This document shows, piece after piece, positions 54,922 through 64,000 of a stretch of DNA of 64,000 nt. Position 1 is the first letter of the stretch. Each line of letters begins with the position of its first letter. Below the pieces are notes generated by a model. It was given only the letters and a program-made list of their open reading frames with translations. It was not told the origin of the DNA and ran no database searches. Origin of the DNA: Ylistrum balloti (Eukaryota); assembly GCF_031769215.1 (NCBI RefSeq), contig NW_026782272.1, positions 1 through 64,000 of the forward strand, in the 5' to 3' direction. The position numbers and the translations under genes were made by a program.

Positions 54922-55135
54922 TGACCACACATAACTTCTTACTCAAAATCAGGAGATGGGCTTATAACAAGACCCTAGGGGCCACACATAACTTCTTACT
55001 CAAAATCAGCAGGTGGGCTTATTACAAGACCCTAGGGGCCACACATAACTTCTTACTCAAAATCAGTAGGTGGGCTTATTACAAGACCCTAGGGGCCACA
55101 CATAACTTCTTACTCAAAATCAGAAGGTGAGCTTA
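54922..55135. repeat. 57-bp tandem repeat, ~3.5 units
   Basis: ACTCAAAATC at 54941 and 54998; produces the 19-aa repeat in ORF 54867-55130. Confidence 0.9.
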
Positions 55136-55307
55136 CAGGGCTCTCACACCCCATTTTGGGACTGGGGCCCGGGGCCCTTTGAATTGGGAAAAATAATGGT
55201 GTTTTCCTTACAATTGGGAAAACTTGGAGTCTAAATTGGGGAAAAAAGATACTATTTTGCATTGGGAATGTATATTCGGCCCCAAATCTGGCAGATCAAG
55301 AGCCCTG
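55136..55307. mobile_element. 172-bp MITE with CAGGGCTCT terminal inverted repeats and a 5-bp GCTTA flanking duplication
   Basis: CAGGGCTCT at 55136, AGAGCCCTG ending at 55307, GCTTA on both sides, four internal ATTGGG(G)AA motifs. Confidence 0.7.
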
Positions 55308-56396
55308 GCTTACCACATATTTCATATTACTTCTTACTCATAATAATGAGGTCAAATAGAAGACCTTTCACAACCTTTTTTCAAAAACCAGAAAACTTAT
55401 CCAGAAAATCCCTCGTCTTTAAAATATATATCTAAGATATATTATCTCTGAACTTTAAATAGAGAAGATGGCCTAATTGTAGGTAAAAGGACACCACTGA
55501 CAGAACAAAGAAAAGTCCTGTGACAATGATAAGTGTGGTACACAAAACACATAACAAAAGAACAATGTCCTATTTTGTTTTCAATTAGCAAAGAGACAAA
55601 GACAATGATAACCTTAATATAATTAGAGAAACTAATTAATCAATCGCATTGACAACACGCCCATCAATGTGGAGAAATTCCAATTTGCCTGACTTCGCAA
55701 TTTTTCGAGATTCCTGAAGGTCACTGAAGGATAACCCAAGTTCAAAAGACACTTGATACGATCTTATCCTATGGAAGCGATCATCACACTCTGTCTGCCA
55801 TAATAACCAGCAAATTGATCAGCGATTTTCTAATTATGTGCCCAAGTGTTCCACTGTATTGGGTTACTGACTAGGATGCGACATGGCAGCTAAATATTGT
55901 CTTGTTGTCAGTATTGTTGTCTGAACCGACAGCTGACAAATGGAGGTCCTTGTCCATAAACAAATTGATTGGTCAAGTAAAAATACAGATCTTGTTATTA
56001 TAAACAACAACAAATATGGCTGACAAGATGACCAAAAATTGTTTCCATTATATATATTACCAATTTAGTATAATCTATATTGTTCCTTCTTTGAATTACT
56101 GATAATTGATTCACAGGTACTCTAATTTAAAAAAAGGAGTAAAGAAATCACAAATTTAAACGTTCAAAATATCACAAAAATCAAGTACGAGGCATATTCT
56201 TGTTTTAACATGTAAGCCAAATAAAAAATCATGATCTTAAGAATAGGAAATTATCAAACATAAGACAAAACACCTGTTAAGCCATAGATAGAATACAGGT
56301 ATAAATTTCATTACCAAATAGTTTTATATATATTTTCCATTACCAAAACTTTTTAAAAAAAAATCGAAATAAATAAACAAGAAATTTAGTAAATAA

Positions 56397-57060
56397 AATC
56401 TGTATATAAATATATACTATTCTGCCTGTTTATATATTAGTCACACATTATATACTTACTATATAGGTACATCCAGGTAAACATTTACAATCTGTATATA
56501 AATATATACTATAGCCATGATTGTCAGTGTTGGGAAGAAAGATAGCACATCAAGATGTATTGAAGACATTAAAACGTCAGGGTTTTTTTTACCCACAATT
56601 TATCTCCTCAATGTTTTACAAAATATCGGTATCCTGAAACAGAATAATCTTTAATCCTCCTGATAATAAGTATGACCTGATGAAGGAATCTGTTGGGATG
56701 ACTGGGCAGATGGACAGAATGACTGTTTCAAATTGGTCCACCTTGATTCTCAAATCCTTTATAACTTAGAATATACCAGGGACAAACTTCTGTACAGGGA
56801 CGCAAGGATTACATACAGATTAACAATATATCTCCCTTAATAGCATAAACACATGAAGTTAAAGCATCTGGGTGATTTGTTTTCACATAAGAGTTCAAAT
56901 TTGATGCGTACTTTATTTTAATGAAGTAGAGATTTTTAATGTCGACAAGTGAATAATTAGGACACACTACTCTTAAGATCAAAATGACAGGTAAATGTTT
57001 ACCTGGATGTACCTATATAGTAAGTATATAATGTGTGACTAATATATAAACAGGCAGAAT
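56397..57060. repeat. Perfect 70-bp inverted repeat (56419-56488 / 56991-57060); left arm flanked by 24-bp direct repeats
   Basis: The arms are exact reverse complements by manual comparison; AATCTGTATATAAATATATACTAT occurs at 56397-56420 and 56489-56512. Confidence 0.92.
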
Positions 57061-58093
57061 TAGCAATATTTCATCCCAAAATACTCTTATAAAATGTATC
57101 ATAGCACATTAATTAGTACTTAAAAACTAAAAAGTAATACAATTGTTTGTAGTACCTGTACAAGTACTAATTAGTAGAACATACCTGTTGTTGGTGTGAG
57201 ATATTGTTCCATGATCACCTGTACAGGTGTAAACAGGTAAACAGCGGTAAAGACATATGACCACAAATATACCATTACTTACATACATGTTTCATAGACT
57301 AAACAATACTGAAATTACAAGTGTCACAGAGTTATCTCCCTTACCAAAGTAATCTGACTGTAAAATCTTGCGTGATATGACGACCCATTGAGTTTGTGAT
57401 TTACTGTTATGTAATCCTTTTATAAACTCAGAATTTTTATGTTACCAATCAGCAATTAACTGATCATGTTAATCAGGCGAGACAAAAATAGCCAACGACG
57501 GACATGGAATCCAAATGGGTGGTCGTTTATCTAAACCTGTCGCTTCTCTCTGAACTGCAAGGTCTTTCACAGGCAAAGTGAATTGAGCCAATTATAACTG
57601 GAAGATTTCTGTATAAATGTACTGTATTCATAAGTGTAATTCAAAACGCTTTAGAAATAAAGAAGATTTCTGTAAATGAAAACTGAAATAAAAACCTGTA
57701 AATAAGGACAGTCGTTTAATTTACAGTGCCTCATTTCATCAGTCAAACAACCAAAGGGAGAGGACTTTTTTTGAAAGTAAAAAAAAATCTTTAAATTCGA
57801 ATCTTAATTATTATTTAAATTCTTCAAGGTCAAAACAAACGCTTCTGTCTGGAAAACTTTGTAAGTAAAAAGTCCAAACAGAAATCATTATAATGACTAC
57901 TGAGAGTAGCGCATGATTGAAATGTTTAAAAACAGCTTTTAAATCATAAGTGATCTTTAAAATTGTTATTCAAAATAACTTTCTGACAGTAAACAGGGGC
58001 TATACCAGGGAAAATTTTCAAATAAATTTTGGGATAATTAAAAGTAGAAAAATTGACAATATTTGTATGCAAAGGCTCCTTAAAAACATATAC

Positions 58094-58136
58094 CACTAGA
58101 AAATGTCAGCTGTCACTAGAAAATGTCAGCTGTCAC
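58094..58136. repeat. 20-bp tandem duplication
   Basis: CACTAGAAAATGTCAGCTGT at 58094 and 58114. Confidence 0.9.
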
Positions 58137-58434
58137 CTACAAAGACTAGCACCTGAAAAAGTGTTTTTAACGTGTATATTGAAGATATAACATGAACATG
58201 TTGCTCCTTACAAGATCCAAGGATAATGTACTATGTATACTAATGGAGTCGGGACAATGTACACACAGAAAAAGGTATGACATGTTTCACTTCTAATGTG
58301 TGACAGCACCAAATTTTATTTTAATTTCCGACATGAATTTTTATCTATTTGAAACTGTAACCCAGTTTTGCTTTACACAATACTGCTATGTCATTATGGC
58401 CCAAATTTAAGTGCAAACTGTGATGGTAACTTTT

Positions 58435-60165
58435 GGTTTACATAATTCTGTTATGTCACCATGGCAACTATTTGATGTCTCCACACTGTGATAATACCTT
58501 ATGCCTTACATAATTCTGTTATGTCTCTATGGCAACTAATTGATGTCTCCACACTGTGATAATACCTTATGCCTTACATAATTCTGTTATGTCACCATGG
58601 CAACTATTTGATGTCTCCACACTGTGATAATACCTTATGCCTTACATTATTCTGTTATGTCTCTATGACAACTATTTGATGTCTCCACACTGTGATAATA
58701 CCTTATGCCTTACATAATTCTGTTATGTCACTATGGCAACTATTTGATGTCTCCACACTGTGATAATACCTGATGCCTTACATAATTCTGTTATGTCTCT
58801 ATTGCAACTATTTGATGTCTCCACACTGTGATAATACCTTATACCTTACATAATTCTGTTATGTCACCATGGCAACTATTTGATGTCTCCACACTGTGAT
58901 AATACCTTATGCCTTACATTATTCTGTTATGTCTCTATGACAACTATTTGATGTCTCCACACTCTGATAATACCTGATGCCTTACATAATTCTGTTATGT
59001 CTCTATGGCAACTATTTGATGTCTCCACACTGTGATAATACCTTATGCCTTACATAATTCTGTTATGTCTCTATGGCAACTATTTGATGTCTCCACACTG
59101 TGATAATACCTTATGCCTTACATAATTCTGTTATGTCTCTATGGCAACTATTTGATGTCTCCACACTCTGATAATACCTGATGCCTTACATAATTCTGTT
59201 ATGTCTCTATTGCAACTATTTGATGTCTCCACACTGTGATAATACCTTATGCCTTACATAATTCTGTTATGTCACTATGGCAACTATTTGATGTCTCCAC
59301 ACTGTGATAATACCTGATGCCTTACATAATTCTGTTATGTCTCTATGGCAACTATTTGATGTCTCCACACTGTGATAATACCTGATGCCTTACATAATTC
59401 TGTTATGTCTCTATTGCAACTATTTGATGTCTCCACACTGTGATAATACCTTATGCCTTACATAATTCTGTTATGTCTCTATGGCAACTATTTGATGTCT
59501 CCACACTGTGATAATACCTTATGCCTTACATAATTCTGTTATGTCTCTATGGCAACTATTTGATGTCTCCACACTGTGATAATACCTTATGCCTTACATA
59601 ATTCTGTTATGTCTCTATGGCAACTATTTGATGTCTCCACACTCTGATAATACCTGATGCCTTACATAATTCTGTTATGTCTCTATTGCAACTATTTGAT
59701 GTCTCCACACTGTGATAATACCTTATGCCTTACATAATTCTGTTATGTCACTATGGCAACTATTTGATGTCTCCACACTGTGATAATATCTGATGCCTTA
59801 CATAATTCTGTTATGTCTCTATGGCAACTATTTGATGTCTCCACACTGTGATAATACCTGATGCCTTACATAATTCTGTTATGTCACTATGGCAACTATT
59901 TGATGTCTCTACACTGTGATAATACCTTATGCCTTACATAATTCTGTTATGTCTCTATGGCAACTATTTGATGTCTCCACACTGTGATAATACCTTATGC
60001 CTTACATAATTCTGTTATGTCTCTATGGCAACTATTTGATGTCTCTACACTGTGATAATACCTTATGCCTTACTTAATTCTGTTATGTCACTATGGCAAC
60101 TATTTGATGTCTCTACACTGTGATAATACCTTATGCCTTACATAATTCTGTTATGTCTCTATGGC
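58435..60165. repeat. 68-bp minisatellite, ~25 units
   Basis: Unit CATAATTCTGTTATGTCTCTATGGCAACTATTTGATGTCTCCACACTGTGATAATACCTTATGCCTTA (58441 to 58509); a degenerate precursor-like unit lies at ~58375-58440. Confidence 0.97.
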
Positions 60166-61404
60166 AGACCTTGTGTAGATAAAAATTTACAGACATAAAT
60201 TCCAGTCCTTGTGGTTCATCAGAATTAAAAAAAAAGACTTGGACTGAGAGCTAGGGGAGAAGGAGATGGAGAAGGGGGACAGAGAAGTGGGGATGGAAAT
60301 AGAATACAATATATGAGTAGGGTAGTTTAATTGAGGGGTTGTATATATGGAATAGATCTTCGAACCGATTTAACAGGACTTACAAAGGAGGACAGGTGAA
60401 CAGCTAAATTTAGGCAGTGAGAACATTTAAAATGCCTAGGAAGGGTGAAATTTGCACAGATGATTGAAGAAGAATTTGGTGGAATGATTCCTTTACATAG
60501 GTTGAGAAGGCACTCATGTCCCACCTATATTTACTACCTGTTAATTACACCGGGTTTTTTTCTTTTTATTTCTAAATTTGAACTTTTAAAAATCTTTAAA
60601 GCAGAATAATAGCACTTTATGCCGAACTGATATACTGCAAATTGCCATGTCAACTAGGATCAATTTTAATGTTGACAATTCTTCACACTTCAACTGGTGA
60701 CCAACATTGCAGAAATAAATAAAGACTGAAATCAAACAGGTCTTCACGTTAGATTGGAGAAGAGCTCTCCTGTTATGAAGGCAGAAATAAGTGTGTAACA
60801 CTATCCCCTTTAATGTCAGATCATAAAGATAAACCTTTCAATTACTGTTGATAGGGTCTTTATTGGAAACAAATAGGTGAAAATCGCGAAGGAGGACATT
60901 TCAAAAGTTTTTAAAAATATTATGCATTCGTAACCATTTAACAATAAATTAAATGGAGCGTAGCCTACCTAGCCTGGCCAACTGTTTGTGGAATAAAGGA
61001 TCGGAACTGTTCTTTTCTGGAGTAATTCATAACGACACACAACACATCTAAAATGCATTATTTGTTATAAAATGTTGTGACAATTTATTAATTTCTTACA
61101 CTTGTCAACACTTTTCTTATCAGACATCTCTGACGCCATTAGACACACACAGTTCTATAGCCATTGAAACGATTTCATGAGAGTTTCATGTATGTTTTAC
61201 AAACATCTGACATGGTGATTGTATAATACCACCCAGCCTCAAACTGGTCACTGAATATGTCATGTGTTGTTTTGTTTCACAAAATCAATTACAGTATTTC
61301 ACCATATAAATGCACATCAGCGTTTATTTATAGACCACCAATTAGACTGTTTGATATTGTTCAACCTCTGCTGTTGGAATTTAAGTACAAAATCAATAAA
61401 AATT

Positions 61405-62085
61405 AAACATGGCAGTACAATATGAATTTCTCTGCGGGGACAAAATTGAAACTTTGAACTGTTTGAAATGTTCTAAGTCCAAGTGCCATAACTCTATTAA
61501 ATATCATCGAACCTAACCTAACTAAGAACATGACCTGCATGTTTCCATAATACATGTAGGTATCAAATTTCAATTCAAAATGTCTGACTGAGATAATGAG
61601 AAGGACCTATAAATTTCTTGAAATTTTCGAAGCGCAAGGGGCATAACTCTGTCAAAATGACATCAACCTGTAGCGAAAAACCATAATATTAGAGCAATTA
61701 AAAACTAAACGTAGATTTTTATTAGTGATAATATATAATTCAAAATATTATTCAATTCTATTGAAGCATTCTAAAGTTATGTTGTGGCAACCAAATTTTT
61801 CATGGTTTGTAAGTCAAGAAGGGACTATACCTCTGCTAGAAATTGCCTGAAATTAGCGGAAATCAAACTTGGCATAGATTCTTAATATTTCAACATACAT
61901 GCAAAATATTATTTAATTGTGTTCAAGCATTCAAAAGTTATGGTGCGGAAACCAAATAAGGATGGATGGACGGACAAACAGACAGAAAGATGGGCAGATG
62001 ACCAAATGAACAGACAGGAAAGATGTGGGTAACAATATATGCCCCCTCTCTCCCAATTTTCAATCGCGGAGGCACAATAAAAAGA
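61405..62085 (+). mobile_element. pearl/CvA-like HINE element with ~3 diverged cores
   Basis: (A/G)GGCATAACTCT-type cores, GGAY/GACA microsatellite at ~61960-62015, then ATATATGCCCCC...GCGGAGGCAC and an A-run. The 5' boundary is approximate. Confidence 0.7.
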
Positions 62086-63774
62086 TTACGTATGAAATGG
62101 TGCCTATTCAGGTCCTTATCGTGGCCTGCTGGAATCATGAAAAATGCTAGAATCACCTTATATTTAAACCCCTGTGGACCCTTAATTTTGAAGGGTCATG
62201 ACAAGTCATTAGTGCACAAAGTTGACATCCAAGCTATCCAGATGTATAGTTGTCCTTGATGAACTTCATTTTAATTTTCCAAATAAGGGCAGTAACTTGA
62301 TGCACGTGATTTCAAGAGAGAATTTTTTTTCTAGATTTCATACCAGATTTAATGAAAACTAGAAAATTCTCTGCAAATACCATGATTTTTGACCTTACAG
62401 TACATTTAGGACATGTGACACTGTATGAATTGGTCAGATTAACCTGTTAATTCTGCCAGGAGGTTATGTAATCTACAGATTGACCTCCTAAGTAGTACTT
62501 AAAATTATGATATTGACTAAACATTACAATGGTACATAGAAACCTCAGATCAGAAAGTCTGGTTTACTTTAAAGATAAGAAATTGTATAAATAACACAAG
62601 AAATAACAACACGACTAATCTGATATCACACAACAGACAGGAAAATATTTTAAACCATACTCTGTTTGATAGTACTGAAAATGACTCTATGTAGTACTTT
62701 ATAAAACAATCTCACGATAAATACAATCAATCTAAATTCCTTGACGTTTTTACAGAATATCAATAATCAAAATATATTTTGCCAAAATTTAAAATACTTA
62801 GTGTCATCCTATTTCATTTTTACAATTAGAATGAATGTACCGGAATATTTTACTTTTAGACACTACACCTGCAAAATGGCAGAATAAAACATGAAATTTA
62901 AATTTCGAAGATTACTTATCATTGTGTATTGTAATTTGATATAGATATGTTATCTTCCACAAATAACTGGAGCCTACAGTGTCAGTTTTACTATAAAGGT
63001 CCTGTTATAATCCTTTACATTCCTGTAACATCTGACCTGCTCGGGCTACTTAATCCTGACATCATTCAGTGTGACGTAAGGGGAGATAATCATTTATATG
63101 CAAGGGGGATAATCCACTGTACTTAATCACACAGTTATAACTTAGATTAACTTTACACATGAAGTAACATTGTGATATTGTTACTTACTGTGGTTTTTAT
63201 GTTGACATACTTTCATTTCATTTTTCAAACAGATTAAAAACAAATTTTTTTGATAACGTTTAAAATAGTATTCAACATGTCTGCTTTGTACCTATTCAGT
63301 CATAATGTAACACAACATTTCTACGCACTGCAAATAGTATGATGTAGCTGAATATGTCTATCACCTCCTTCATGAATATTTGTTGGGTGTTTAAAGTTAC
63401 ATGTAATACATCTCAAGAATGAAAAATGACGGCAGTATAGTTGACTCTAGTATTAACAGTTCCGAAAGATCAGCTCACATTATCTGTCTGATCAAACTGA
63501 TTATTTTAGGGTATTCAAAATAACACCAACAAAACATTATCGTAACAGTGATTTCTGCTTTTTTCAAACTAAAAACCTGGTCTTATCTGACACTGTGACT
63601 GAAGATCAAAATTCCATATATGGTCAGGAGTTCAAAATGCATGTCTACTTACATATACAACCATTAACATACAGAAATCAATTTTAATACTTTTATAGAC
63701 CTACCTTTATCACTATTGTATAACATAAGTCTATTGACTTGTACTAATTTTACAATTCACTCTATCTATAAAAA

Positions 63775-63962
63775 AACTAGAAAATGTCTGTAAGACATGA
63801 ATGGCCCCGCCCCCCCATGTGAAATAATAGTAAAAGGTCCGAATGAAGTTGTTAGGTGGTATATACTGATTTGGGACGGGACGGGACGCAACGCGACAGG
63901 ACGGGACGGACGGACATGGGCAACGCTATATGCCCCCGGCCATAAATGGCGGGGGCATAAAA
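63775..63962 (+). mobile_element. Minimal core-less pearl/HINE-like element
   Basis: Starts AACTAG within an A-run; 5' subterminal ATGGCCCCG; (GGAC/GGGAC)n microsatellite; 3' hairpin TATGCCCCC-G-GCCA-TAAA-TGGC-GGGGGCATA (63929-63959); ends in an A-run. Confidence 0.8.
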
Positions 63963-64000
63963 AAAAAAATTTTCTTGAAAAAGAAAAAAGAAAATAATAT

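Overview
AT-rich eukaryotic (invertebrate) genomic DNA, most consistent with a bivalve mollusc, inferred from pearl/CvA-like Helentron-associated elements and a SINE with an (AAAC)n tail. There is no prokaryotic content. Most of the window is intronic or intergenic. One clear minus-strand exon (30054-30185) encodes a coiled-coil resembling the N-terminus of NCKAP5. A probable ATG-containing first exon lies at 42575-42757 next to a CpG-rich patch, with a few small candidate exons around it. No further exon of this gene was recognised in the 30 kb toward position 1. About 12 kb (roughly a fifth of the window) is 14 distinct minisatellite arrays with periods of 22-75 bp; these explain all ORFs over 300 aa in the track. 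Also present are several non-autonomous transposons (HINE/pearl-like elements, a short TIR element with an apparent 5-bp TSD, SINE remnants) and a perfect 70-bp inverted copy flanked by 24-bp direct repeats that looks like a templated insertion. I found no convincing novel multi-gene system.
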